NCBI GenBank assembly: GCA_032718475.1
Contig: JAUCBJ010006122.1
Location: 1 to 36,734 of the forward strand
DNA from: Nemertoderma westbladi
Taxonomy: Eukaryota > Animalia > Xenacoelomorpha
Length of the DNA stretch: 36,734 bases
Direction of reading: 5' to 3'
Shown here: in pieces, positions 10,621-22,664 of the stretch
How positions within the stretch are numbered: the first letter of the stretch is position 1
Layout: the number at the start of each line of letters is the position of its first letter
Translations under genes and position numbers: made by a program
The notes under the pieces: model-generated
The model's input: only the letters and a program-made list of their open reading frames with translations
Databases searched by the model: none
Told to the model about the DNA's origin: nothing

Positions 10621-12233
10621 TATTGTGGGGCGAGCCACGAAGTTGGCGGAGCCTTAGCGAATTGACACTGTTAGGGGGTGGGTCAATTTATGCAAATAGT
10701 TGTCGTCGTTGTCGTCGTCGTCGTCGTTGTCGTCGTTACGATTTTGACATGCTAATAACTTTGTCGGATTTAAAGCTGCCAAGTTGAAAATTTGTAGGTA
10801 TCAATATGAGCAAAAGTTGAGATTTTTGAGAGACTTTCAGACACCATCAGTGCAATGGTCTCCCGCTAGAGGGCCACATGTCTAAACATTAAATGCCCTC
10901 CCATTTCTTTGCTTTTAATCCGTTTAAGCTGAAACTTGGCAGATATGTATTAGACCATTAGCTGTGACTTTCAAAGGAGGCGAATCCATCTGCAGTTCTC
11001 CAGTCTGCCGCTAGAGGGCCAAAGGTCTGAAAGTGAAATCGTTGTCGTCGTTACGATTTTGACATGCTAATAACTTTGTCGGATTTAAAGCTGCCAAATT
11101 GAAAATTTGTAGGTATCAATATGAGCAAAAGTTGAGATTTTTGAGAGACTTTCAGACACCATCAGTGCAATGGTCTCCCGCTAGAGGGCCACATGTCTAA
11201 ACATTAAATGCCCTACCATTTCTTTGCTTTTAATCCGTTTAAGCTGAAACTTGGCAGATATGTATTAGACCATTAGCTGTGACTTTCAAAGGAGGCGAAT
11301 CCATCTGCAGTTCTCCAGTCTGCCGCTAGAGGGCCAAAGGTCTGAAAGTGAAATCGTTGTCGTCGTTACGATTTTGACATGCTAATAACTTTGTCGGATT
11401 TAAAGCTGCCAAGTTGAAAATTTCTAGGTATCAATATGAGCTAAAGTTGAGATTTTTGAGAGACTTTCAGACACCATCAGTGCAATGGTCTCCCGCTAGA
11501 GGGCCACATGTCTAAACATTAAATGCCCTCCCATTTCTTTGCTTTTAATCCGTTTAAGCTGAAACTTGGCAGATATGTATTAGACCATTAGCTGTGACTT
11601 TCAAAGGAGGCGAATCCATCTGCAGTTCTCCAGTCTGCCGCTAGAGGGCCAAATGTCTGAAAGTGAAATCGTTGTCGTCGTTATGATATTGACATGCTTA
11701 TAACTTTGTCGAATTTAAAGCTGCCAAGTTGAAAATTTGTTTTGTTGAAAATCAGTTCAACAGTCACCCGCTATAGGACTACTTTATGCCTGAAAGTGAA
11801 TAGATTCTCCCGTCTCATTGATTTTAATCAGTTTAAGCTGAATCTTGCCATATATTCTGGACCACATGCTGCGTCTTTGTGGGGGGGGGGGGGGGGGGGG
11901 GGGGATTTAATCGGTCTGCCGCTATACGACGAAATTTCTGAAAGTGAGATCCGTCTCTCATTTCGTTATCCGTTATTCAAGATGAAACTTGGCCGATGTA
12001 CGTATGTACTATTCATCCATAGGCTGTGTCTTTGTGGGGCTGGAGACCCTAATCCATCTTCAGTTCTCACTATACCGCTAGAGTCAGAAATGTCTGAATA
12101 GAAATGAAAGAGGTAAAAAGTCATTAGGCGAAATCTGCTTAAAATTTGCTAATACAGTAATACTTTCGAATTAGTACTTAAATTAAATTTAAGTCACGTG
12201 CTGCGCGAAGGCCCCACTTCGTGTTGTGTTGTG
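10621..12233. mobile_element. Helentron/DINE-1-like non-autonomous element with (GTC)n microsatellite and 315-bp central tandem repeats, inserted into the LINE
   Basis: Splits the LINE frame (..KSEGRRIQ | QEYRKL..). Short subterminal IR GTGGGGC (10625) / GCCCCAC (12211); GTC microsatellite ~10699-10736; TGTTGTATT at both junctions. A 21-bp end motif recurs inverted at ~36321. Family assignment is from architecture only. Confidence 0.65.
10726..11740. repeat. 315-bp tandem repeat, 3 near-identical units plus a partial fourth; each unit is a dimer of two diverged subunits
   Basis: GTTGTCGTCGTTA(C/T)GAT starts at 10726, 11041, 11356 and 11671. Confidence 0.97.
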
Positions 12234-12660
12234 TGTTGTATTCGTCTCCCCTCAGATTTATATAATAACTTCAATACCATGTTTTGTTCAGAACGCATTT
12301 TCCTTTCTAATCGACGCATTTCATGTTTAAGATCCAAACATTCACTGTCATACCACACAGACGAAGTAGCTGTTTTCCATGTTAAGTTGACCCGCTTAGT
12401 TTGCAGTGGGGCAAGGGTATCAGCAATATTTGTCAAATTAGTAATTAACGTGTCAACATATTTGTCAACATCGTTCTCATCATATACCACATTCATATTA
12501 TTTACCATATTTTGGAAAGTATCTATATTTATTGCCTTCCAATTTCTAAATGTTACAACCTTTGATTGTTCTTTATTCACAGTCTGTTTCAAACTCATAT
12601 TAATCATAAAGTGATCAGATATATATTTATTTTCCACATTATGTTTATCTAATAGTTGTT
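12234..12660 (-). mobile_element. Upstream part of the same CR1/L2 LINE (end of endonuclease domain and linker)
   Basis: ISDHFMI (APE SDH motif), FRNWKAIN, APLQTKRV, WYDSEC..LK..MRRLERK. Confidence 0.85.
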
Positions 12661-13632
12661 TCCTGTCTAAATCTTCTCTATATCTTCTCTATAATTCTTC
12701 TACTTACCGGTTCTGACAATTGTTTTACCTTGCTGCCTTGCCCGTATTATTTAACTTATTATTTTAATTACTAAATTAGCGATTTTCAGTCAAGCCCCAG
12801 GCAGCCAGGCCTTTAAAGTATAAAGCATCTACTGATCTAAGCCTAACTGCCTAAGCCATAACAGTACTGCAGTATAATATACCGGTACGTACGAGCCAGG
12901 TTGGAATTCATGCATGAGCGCGCAGGTACGCTTTGTTGTTTTGAGATTACCGCGCACCTGAAATAGGCTCGTCGTGCACCTCATCATAATCCATACAAAA
13001 TCGCGCAGCTCACAGGTTCATGTACGAGTACGACATTTGGTTTGGACTAATTTTAATTTTGGACATCATTCAGTCATTGCAAAATGAAAAGTACAGAAGT
13101 ACAATGATGTCCATTGTGAAGTCGCTCCTGGCTTCTGATAAGTTTTACAATTAAGTCTGCAATTAAGTTTGTAGGCTAAGCTAACTCTGTAGTCCATGTA
13201 GTCTGTAACCAACCATTCCGCCATGCTGCCATGACCTGTGTTAGTAGGTGCAGCATGTCATGTTCTGATGTTAGGTGTTTAGGCCTACTGGTTTAGGTTT
13301 TCAGCTCCAAAGCACCCGACTGCCCGACCCAGTAGGCCTACCGGTCCCAACCCACCCACCGGGCATTAAACCTCAACCTCGAGACCTCGCGCAGTCGTCA
13401 TTACTGCATTATCCAGTTATCAATTATCATGGTAGTTCTGTAGTTGCAGGATTGAACGAAATCGTTGTAGGATTTTTTCAAACCCGGTAGGCCTACCACC
13501 GACCGGACCGCCTACATCATTCGGTATCGAAAATTGATCTTCTTCTTCTTAAAACCGTCTTCGTGCGCCTCTGCGTTGTGCAATTGTAAGCCTGAAATGC
13601 AGGTATCGTACCAGGGTACCGGTACAGTCTGA

Positions 13633-13855
13633 GGCACTTGTGTCAAATAGGCAATAGGGGACCGTCCTAATCTGCTAATCCTGAAGCTGAAATATCACCT
13701 AAACTGAAGTCACTAGTGACTAGTTGCCCGGTTAGTAAAGGAGCAAGTTACAGATGTGAGTTGAAAGGAACAAAACAATAAACGAAACGAGAGTTAGGAA
13801 TATTGTTATCACCCAGATTACGTGGGTCGAGGGTCCCCTATTTGACACAAGTGCC
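13633..13855. mobile_element. MITE with ~24-bp TIRs just upstream of CCDC86
   Basis: GGCACTTGTGTCAAATAG(GCAATAG)GGGACC ... GGTCCCCTATTTGACACAAGTGCC; no clean TSD. Confidence 0.75.
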
Positions 13856-13962
13856 AAAACAAAATAAGAAGTACTTGTATGTTTACGATGTACTTTAGGA
13901 AGTACTTTTTCCCATTAGGTAGGCCTACAATATAGCATATCCGGGATTACTGATTAGCCAAT

Positions 13963-14343
13963 ATGTCCAACCCAATAAATTTGCTCAGAGAAACTACTTG
14001 TCGTCAACTTCCAGTCCCGCGCGGTAAACCCAAATCTGGTAGAGTCTGGAAACGCACACAGATCGTTCGAGCATCGTCGCATAACTCAACGAAATCTTTA
14101 CACAGATCGTGGGACTCTAAGATGAAGGATAAAAAGGAGAAAGAGTCTATAAAGTTGTTACAGGATGAATTGATAGAAGGGCGGAAGGCGAGAAAACAAG
14201 CGATACGGGAACGGCGAATAAAATCACGTGAACAGCGGGAAGAAAAGGCCCGAAAAGCCGAGATCGTTCAAAACGTTAAAAATCCTGCGAAACTCAGACG
14301 AACTAAGAAAAAACTTTTACGCAAAGTGCAATTAAAAAATTAA
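13963..14343 (+). CDS. CCDC86: Coiled-coil domain-containing protein 86 (Cgr1-family nucleolar protein), intronless
   Basis: PRGKPKSGRVWK, SW..KMK.K.E, Lys/Arg-rich coiled coil, RKAEIVQ.VKNPAKLRR.KKK.LR. Confidence 0.9.
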   Translation: MSNPINLLRETTCRQLPVPRGKPKSGRVWKRTQIVRASSHNSTKSLHRSWDSKMKDKKEKESIKLLQDELIEGRKARKQAIRERRIKSREQREEKARKAEIVQNVKNPAKLRRTKKKLLRKVQLKN

Positions 14344-14565
14344 GTTGTGTTATGCGTTGTTCGGGTCTGTCTATTGAACTTTGCAGTTTGCTTTAATATT
14401 ATATAAAACCACCGGCACAGAAAATCTCACAATTTTTTGTCTTGAGACATATTGTCAAAATTTATTGTTAGCACAGTAGACATTTTAGAAATAGGTTCCG
14501 AATTAGTATAGTGACCTAGTGATGGTGACTTACTGAGAGAGGGGGGGGGGGGGGATAATTTTCAA

Positions 14566-15159
14566 GTGGAGTGCCAATTTTTATCCGGATGAGGTCAGTG
14601 GTAAAAAATTCCAGTGAAACAATGACATCTAGAGGTGTTCCAAATCATTTTTATAAAGACCTCCTAAATCACTATCGATCGGAATACCATATCATCTCGA
14701 TACCGGTAACTAATCTCACTTCACTATTTTTGAAGTGGTTTTCCCCCACTAAACCAATGGTTACGGTTCAAATGAGACTATTGTCGATTCGATGCGATAA
14801 GAAAAAAAAATAAGCAAAATATGAATGTATCCCGGCTCCATCCAAAGTAAGCGCTATTATGTCAGATATAGGCATTTCAACAAAAATAAGACGTCCTCTT
14901 AGTTTTGTTGAAATGCCTATATCTGACATAATAGCGCTTACTTTGGATGGAGCCGGATACATTCATATTTTGTGGAATATCTCGAGAAATAATTACTCAA
15001 CAAACGTTTTGAAGGTGTCTACCCCCACTAAATCGCCTCTTACATTACAAGTACCTACCTCTACATGACAATGTTTCACTGAAATTTTTTTACCACTAAT
15101 TATTTATGATATATATATATATTATCATTATCTTCCGGATAACTGGAAGGGCACTCCAC
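14566..15159. mobile_element. Old MITE-like element with long imperfect TIRs, carrying an internal hairpin
   Basis: Outer GTGGAGTGCC..TTATCCGGA / TCCGGATAA..GGCACTCCAC; inner IR 14597-14636 vs 15057-15097. Confidence 0.65.
14815..14972. repeat. Near-perfect long hairpin (~77-bp arms, 5-nt loop)
   Basis: The arms differ by one substitution and a 1-nt indel; loop CGTCC. Confidence 0.97.
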
Positions 15160-15471
15160 ATGGGTATTCGTTAAGCACTCGTGGGGGAGTGGGGGGGGGG
15201 GGGGGGGGGGGGGGGGGTGGGGGGGCATTGATTACTAGAATGTGCACAACCGCGTGCACAATGTAGTACAGGTATACTTCTGCCAGACCCAGTACCACTT
15301 ATCTTCCTTTCATATACCTCTCTCTTCTGGTAGATATATTTAGTTAATGTTACTTGTTAATATATGCCTGTTTTGGGATTGAATATTCAAATACGAGTCT
15401 TTAACAGCTGTTAATTTGACACATAGTACTAAAGACTATATTTAAAGAGGGATATATAGAATCAACTCTAG

Positions 15472-16842
15472 ATGAAATCGGGTACAATTACGATGACCGC
15501 GCTGAAATCGGACGTCGCAGGTAAAACATCTGTAAAGGCGCCTATAGTGACAGACAGTGGAGCTATCCGATATAATTGCAATAAATGTGGTAAAAAGTTT
15601 ACCGATAAATGTCATTTGAAGAGTCACAAAGAATCAGCTCATGGAGTTATCATATACAATTGCTACGATTGTGGTAAAAAGTTTATCGAGAAGTTCTCTC
15701 TTAAAAGACACATCGATTCAGCCCATAGAGGCATCATTCATAACTGCGCTGATTGTGGTAAAGTGTTCTCACACATGGGAAATCTAAATCTGCACATAGA
15801 ATCAGTGCATAGAGGGATTAGATATAAGTGTAAGGACTGCGACCAAATTTTCATGTACAAGAGAAATCTAAAATGGCACATAGAATCAGTCCACGTAGGA
15901 ATTAGACACAAATGCGATCTCTGTGATAGAATATTCTTGCTGAAAAGAGATCTGAAGAAGCACAATGATTCAGTTCATAAGGGTATCACATATAATTGTG
16001 ATATTTGCGATAAAAAGTTTCGACAAAAAGTACACTTAAAGAGGCACTCAGAGTCAATTCATAAAGGTGTCAGGTATAACTGCGATCATTGTGATAAGAT
16101 GTTCACAGAAAAGGGTCATCTAAAGACGCATATCGAATCAGTTCATGAAAATATTAGATATAACTGCAGCGACTGCGGAAAAATGTTTAGAATTAAAATT
16201 AATCTTAGGGAGCACATAGATACAGTCCATAGAGGCATTATTCATAACTGCGATGAATGCGGTAAAGTGTTCTCGAAGAAAGGAAATCTAAATCAGCACA
16301 TGCAATCAGCACATAAAGGCATTCGATATAAATGTGAGGATTGCGACCAAATGTTCACTTACAAGAGAAATCTAAAGACACACAAAGAATCAGTCCACGT
16401 TGGCATTAGATACAATTGCTATGATTGCGATAAAATATTCTTGCAAAAACACGATTTGAAGAAGCACATTGATTCTATTCATAAGGGCATCACATATACT
16501 TGTTATATTTGTGACAAAATTTTTCGACAAAAAGTTCATTTAAAGAGGCACTCAGAATCAATTCATAAAGGTATCAGGTACAACTGCGATGATTGTGATA
16601 AGATATTCACAGAAAAATCTCATCTAAAGACGCATATCGAATCAGTTCATAGCGATGTGATGTATAATTGCAATGGTTGTGATAAAACATTCGCATATAA
16701 AGGTTATCTAAAGAAGCACATAAAAACCGCTCATTCTGGTTTCAGATGTAATTCCTCCGACTGCGAGCAAATACTGCCATCGAAGAGGGAACTAAATCGC
16801 CACAAAAACTCGGCCCATAAACCTATCAGACCTAACAAATAG
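15472..16842 (+). CDS. C2H2 zinc-finger protein with 15 tandem fingers (28-aa period, H-X4-H); an upstream exon is possible
   Basis: Repeats of Y/HxCxxCxKxFxxKxxLxxHxxSxHxGI in an intact 456-aa frame; AATAAA at 17070. Confidence 0.92.
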   Translation: MKSGTITMTALKSDVAGKTSVKAPIVTDSGAIRYNCNKCGKKFTDKCHLKSHKESAHGVIIYNCYDCGKKFIEKFSLKRHIDSAHRGIIHNCADCGKVFSHMGNLNLHIESVHRGIRYKCKDCDQIFMYKRNLKWHIESVHVGIRHKCDLCDRIFLLKRDLKKHNDSVHKGITYNCDICDKKFRQKVHLKRHSESIHKGVRYNCDHCDKMFTEKGHLKTHIESVHENIRYNCSDCGKMFRIKINLREHIDTVHRGIIHNCDECGKVFSKKGNLNQHMQSAHKGIRYKCEDCDQMFTYKRNLKTHKESVHVGIRYNCYDCDKIFLQKHDLKKHIDSIHKGITYTCYICDKIFRQKVHLKRHSESIHKGIRYNCDDCDKIFTEKSHLKTHIESVHSDVMYNCNGCDKTFAYKGYLKKHIKTAHSGFRCNSSDCEQILPSKRELNRHKNSAHKPIRPNK

Positions 16843-17212
16843 GCCCCCAAACTTCGTGAGATTAATATATTAATTATAATTTATCATAGTTATACTAATA
16901 AACTATACTATAAATACTAACTATACTATATATATATATACTACTATATAACTATAAATATAATTGACCACATAATTAAAAATGGACATCCCTGTTCCCT
17001 GTATTATTAATATATTTGTTACATATGTATATTGTATATCAGATCGTGGGGCAAATTGATCACAAGTGAAATAAAGTCTGGTTTATTGTTTTGGTTAGAA
17101 AACACTGCATCTGGAACCTATTTCTATCCCATAATGTTTTAAATTAAATTAGTTGTTTGTTTTTTGCGGTCTTTTGCGCCAGCCATTGATTTCTGTTACC
17201 TGGCATCATAGT

Positions 17213-17678
17213 TCCGGAACTCAGGTGAGGACCATCGAATACGTAAGGGAAAGGCTGAATGGGTTTTCCAGGATTTGGAAGTCACACAGAATTGTTCGGC
17301 AACTTAAGGTCCAATTATTTAGAGCAGCAGTAGTTCCAGTACTCCTCTATGGGAGTCCAACTCCTGGCCTCCTGGGCTCTAACTGCTGAGGACACCAAAT
17401 CTCTGGATGGCACATTCACAACAATGCTACGTCGGGTTCATTGTGTCAAGTACAATGCACACATCTCCAACCAGACACTATATAACATTGGAGGTGTCTC
17501 ATTGGTTCCCCCAAGCTTGACACTAGAACAAAGCCGCCTCCGCTTTGCAGGATATTGTTTTCGCCGTGAGGACCAGCCTGTGCAAAATCTTGTGCTTTGG
17601 CAGCCCCATGGAGAAAATAGGCATGGGGGACAGCCCGTGACTTTTGTGAAAGTTCTCGCGAAAAGTCATGGAGGATAG
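17213..17678 (+). mobile_element. RTE LINE copy 2 (degenerate), 5' piece
   Basis: Near-identical to 6194-6620 with indels; continues at 19937. Confidence 0.92.
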
Positions 17679-19936
17679 CAAGGATGTTATTACGTTACGT
17701 TACGGTATCTTTTCTGGAAGCTCAATATCTTTTCCGTAACGTAAACTGTAACGTAATAGCTTTTTCAATACCGTAATGTAATTTTACTGTATATTTTTCC
17801 GTAAACCGTAACGTAATAGCGTAATATTTGTTTAAGCTACCAAGCAATCATTTTGACAAAAAAGTAAATCTTTCAACAAAAAACTTTCACTTTCACTTGC
17901 ACGTTCTAGCTAATTCAATATAAAGTTAATTGCTTTAATAGGTTTTGTTTGTCTGTACACGGTCTTCTTATAGCCAGCTTACTGGTATCTCCAGTTATTT
18001 AAGTCATCCTATCAATATTGCCAAAAGCTAATTCTACGCGCACTTCTTCAGTATAGGCGGCTAATTAACAAGCATTGAGTATAAGTAGGCTAAAGATGAA
18101 AACATAGAATTGCACCATGACCGGGAAATTCAAATTTAGTTATTCAGTAATTGAAACCCTAAATAAAAGTGTCTTAAACCCAAAACCTACCTAGAACCCC
18201 CTTTCCAACCCTAATTGGAACACTAAAATCACAATATTAGTACAGCATTTTGGGATCGAAGGGTCCAAAATGGCAGAAAGTTGATTTCGGTTTTGCTACA
18301 ATAATTCTGGAATTCTGCGCATTTATTTACATTTTATAACAAAAAAATAATTCTTTCAAGCTCAACCATAACGCGCAGCCCGAGTACAAATAACAAACTT
18401 AAGTTAACGGTAAAATAATAACAACAGCACATAACGGACGAGAGAGAAATAATAACCAACTGGTAAATTACTTACATTAAACGAGAAAACTGCAATATTT
18501 GACCGGGTGCACAAATTTAAACACAAAACAACATAAACTACATAATCTAAACTATAATCAACGCAGTATGCTGTAATGGTATAGATCATAGATTGACAGG
18601 ACAGGTTACATGGTAGGCCTACCTACAGGGCTACCGCTGCTACCGGTACGTCTTATAATTTATGACAACCTATTACAACCAAAGATTACTGAAAACTTCA
18701 TTAAGACTTCATTAAGTAAATAGATTAAGTAATAACTTTGATTTTGAAATGGTAATTTTGAATGTGCCCTCTTAGAGTGAGGTACGAAAAAAACAAGTAG
18801 TGGAAGTATGATAATGAAAAATCCCCACAAAAGCAAGTTTATTTTATAACCATATAGGTTTTAGGGATGCCGATGACACTGAAATATATCGTAAATTGTT
18901 GATTATGGCAATTTTGGATGTGTCAATGTGCGGCACGAAAAATACAAGTAGAACAAATTTCATTATCAAAAATCATTACCGAATCAACTTGATTTTTAGC
19001 CATCATGGGTTTTCTGGGGAGCTGATCACGACTATGACACTCAAAAACATCGTATTATCCAACAAATTAGATTTTTGAGGTTTTGAAATTTTTTGCTACT
19101 TGTACTTTTCGTCTTGGGCGACCAAAATAGCACAAAAAATTATGGTTGCATGGTCAGAAAATATTTTTAACAAGTTTTATCGTGATCGGCGTCCTCGAAA
19201 ACCCTTATACAGTACCATCGAAATTGTAATTTTTGAGCCAAGATCTAAAAATTTCTAAACTTTCGGAACAGAAACTGTAGTATCAATGGATAGCCTTGGA
19301 TTGCGACCATCTGACCATAAAATCAACCTTTGAGTATGTCTTTGAACAATGTACTTCAAGTTGGCGAGTCATAAACTTCAACTGACTCTGGTGTTTCGAA
19401 TTCCCAGAGTCGACGACCTTCCAAATAAATTTGCAGGCCTTCTGGAGACTGGAGGTACCCTATAGCGGCGACCATAGCTATTGCAACCAACGGAACAGTT
19501 GGTTATCCTAGGTATGTATGGTAGTCCTTGATTACAACACAAGCCAAGCCGTTCTACCAAGGCTGACTGGAATACCCTCAGTACCGGTACCGTGGGCCTT
19601 GGTTCTACACAGGAATACAGAATAGTGATCAATAAAGCGGGAAATTTAAAGTTATTTTTATGTTAAGTTAATTTTCTATTTCAAAACATTGAAACTATAA
19701 TTTTCCGATTTTTAGACTAAAATAGGATGAAACTTTAAATATCTCTTTGTGGTCCTACGGCAATCTGTACCGGTTATTACGTTACGGTATTTTCGGCAAT
19801 ACGAAATTACTTTTATCGGAATACAGTAACTTAAATAATTTGGAAATTATTCCGTAATGTAATATCGTAACGTAAAAAGTTCAGCTTTTCAACCGCAACG
19901 TAACGTAATACCGTAACGTAACGTAAAACATCCTTG
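17679..19936. mobile_element. Non-autonomous hAT-like DNA transposon (2258 bp) inserted in RTE copy 2
   Basis: TIR CAAGGATGTT(A/T)TTACGTTACGTTACGGTAT at both ends; CGTAA subterminal repeats; 8-bp flanks GAGGATAG / GATGCTAG are each one mismatch from GATGATAG, seen in RTE copy 3. No transposase ORF. Confidence 0.85.
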
Positions 19937-20064
19937 GATGCTAGGGAGTTGTGGCGGTGCAACTTTGTCGATATGCCGGCACAGCATACTTAATGCACGC
20001 TACATTGGGATTGATTTTAATCTCAATATGCAGCTTCAATGCAGCAGGCCGATTATTATAGTAG
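19937..20064 (+). mobile_element. RTE LINE copy 2, 3' end
   Basis: GGGAGTTGTGGCGGTGCAACTTTGTCG..GCCGGCACAGCAT..ATGCAGC..GCCGAT..TAGTAGT matches 6696-6790. Confidence 0.88.
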
Positions 20065-21177
20065 TGTCCCACCTACTGTATGTCGTTATGTTCAACTTGT
20101 ATTTGTGTTTGTAATTTATTATAGATTAACTTGTGTTTTCGTTTATGTTATCTAATGGTTATTATAGAAATATCATTGAAAACTTAAATTATAGTTATTG
20201 TACTAAAAATGTAATTATATTCCCTGTTAAATAATGTAAGTTTCATTATTTTATTATTAAGATTGATTTAATTTACAGCTCAGCGGCACAGTGGTAAAGT
20301 AAATCGACAATCTCTAGTATCTAACTTGGCGAACCACCCAATGGGTTATTTAGTATGTAATATTACGTCACACATTACAAGTCACCATTCTTAAATTGTT
20401 ACTTTTACGCTCGAATGAACACCAAAACCTCTCCACCATCTTTATTAATCTCGAAGTAAATAAAATCCCTCGAGAATAGTGAAAAAAAGTTCTATGTAAT
20501 TTATTAAGGTCCCCAAGTAATTTATTATTCACTTCTGTTCTATTTTTAATGTTTATTGAAAACGTTTTCCATAGTAGGTCATGCTTTTTCTGTTCCGTTA
20601 GTCTGTAAATAATGTTTTTTCTACATTTATTTGTTTTTTAAAACACTGCTCAAAGATACCTAAATAATAACTAACAATTTTATTTGTGACAAAATTGTCA
20701 TAAGCTTACTGTTTACGATGGGGGTTTACCCCCAGTCTTTTTTCATTAGATTTTTTTTATAATTGGTTTTCCGATGTAAAATTTTATGGTGATTCCAAAT
20801 CTGAAATCAGTTTTTCGACAAGTTGTTTTGTTCTCGAGTTATGGAATTTTTTGTCATTTTCACCCAAAATTTGAAAATTGTTATTAATTTTGGTGCACCA
20901 CCAGATTTGACACCAAAAAAGACCATCAAACACCCACAAATGTCGAAATATTTTACCATTTTCGGAATCAGCACCGAAAATTAACCTATATAGGTATCAA
21001 AACCGCAAAAGAAGATCAATTTTGAAAATTTTTCACTTTTTAGATGCATGTTTGATCAGTTGTAATCAGGAGGAAATTTAAATGTCATTTTTCTATCGAA
21101 TTGTTCTAAAAATGTTTAAGAAGATTTGATGACGATGCATCCATTTTAACATAAAATTTTTGGTTCAGATGGAAAAT

Positions 21178-21309
21178 GTAATCGAGTTACATGGAATCGA
21201 GTTACATGGAATCGAGTTACATGGTATTGAGTTACATGGTATTGAGTTACATGGTATTGAGTTACATGGAATCGAATTACATGGTATTGAGTTACATGGT
21301 ATTGAGTTA
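21178..21309. repeat. 15-bp minisatellite (GAGTTACATGGTATT / GAGTTACATGGAATC), left part
   Basis: About 8-9 tandem copies. Confidence 0.97.
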
Positions 21310-22664
21310 ATAATTATAATAATAATAATAATTTATTTATAACGCGCCTTTTAAGGGCAATAAATCAACGTACGTACGTACGCGTACACAATTAGTTAAT
21401 TACTACATAATGACATTACAATCAATAATTGTATACTTTAAATCGTTTAAAATCAACAATGTTTAAAAATTACGGTATGTACTAATTAAAAAATATATAA
21501 TGAACACACAAAAGTCATGATTTGATAATTACAATATTAAGTAAAAAGTTATTTATTACACTGTGCAGATATCTCATTAAAACAAAGCTCAATAAAAAGA
21601 TAAATGAATGGGGGGTCCGGTCCATTCAGGGTTGCAAGTATTGGATTCAATTAAAATATATTTGCCTAGTGACCGTATTCTAACGAAAAGTAGTGTGTTT
21701 TCAGCCGCGACTTAAACAATTCCACGGTGTGTGCACTGCGGACCGAATAAGGGAGAGCGTTCCATAAACGGAGTCCGGCAACTGAGAATGCCCGCCTCCC
21801 GTAACTTTCTAGCCGATAACGAGGCGCAACCAGAGTTAGTTCATCATCACCTGAACGCAGAGAACGATGAGGAATGTACAGGGTCAGCAAATTCTTTAAA
21901 TAGCTCGGAGCGTAGCCATTGATACACTTATATACTATAAGTACAATCTTAAAGTCAATGCGTCGCAATACAGGCAACCAGTGGAGATATTTGAGCACAG
22001 GTTTAATATGTTCTCGTTTCTTTGTGCCTGTTAGTAGGCGCGCCGCAGAGTTCTGGACATATTGTAGTTTGTTAATATATTTGTCTGGCAATCCATAATA
22101 TAACGAATTGTTATTGTCTAAAGAGCTGGTGATAAATGCGTGGATTAGCGTTTCGAGGTCATGTTTTGCTAAACACCGCCGTATTTTTGATAGATTTCGG
22201 ATGTGGAAAAACGCACTGCGAACAGTTAGAGATATTTGTTCTCTGTCGAGATATATTGCGGGCATCGGTGCTGCAACCCACCACGTCGTTACCAATACGT
22301 ATTTGTGGGTTGTCAACTGATGTGCCAAATCGCGACTGCAGTAGCAGCACTTCGGTTTTCGCGGAGTTCATCTTGAGCATATATGTGTACATCCATTTCT
22401 GAATATCATTTAGGCAATCTTCAGTCACCTGAACTGCTGAATCAATATTTACAGATTTGAAACTGATATATATTTGAGTATCATCAGCATATAGATGGTA
22501 TGATAAACCATGCTTTTTTATTACAGCAGATAAAGAGCGTGTATAAATTGTAAATAGTAGCGGCCCGAGCACAGAACCTTGTGGCAATCCATACTTTAGG
22601 TCTCTGTATGTAGAATAATGACTACCAACACGAACTTGCTGTTTACGATCAGACAAATATTTTT
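21310..22664 (-). mobile_element. 5'-truncated CR1/L2-type LINE inserted within the 15-bp array
   Basis: GLPQGSVLGPLLF, HLYADDTQIY, FFHIRNLSKIR, HIKPVLKYLHWLPV, FKSRLKTHYF; (TTA)n tail at 21310-21335; one frameshift/deletion. Confidence 0.92.

Noticed and set aside
18770-19340. Possible nested element inside the hAT-like insertion (CGAAAAA.ACAAGTAG motifs, direct and inverted)
   Set aside because: Ends and TSD could not be defined, so it was not called separately.
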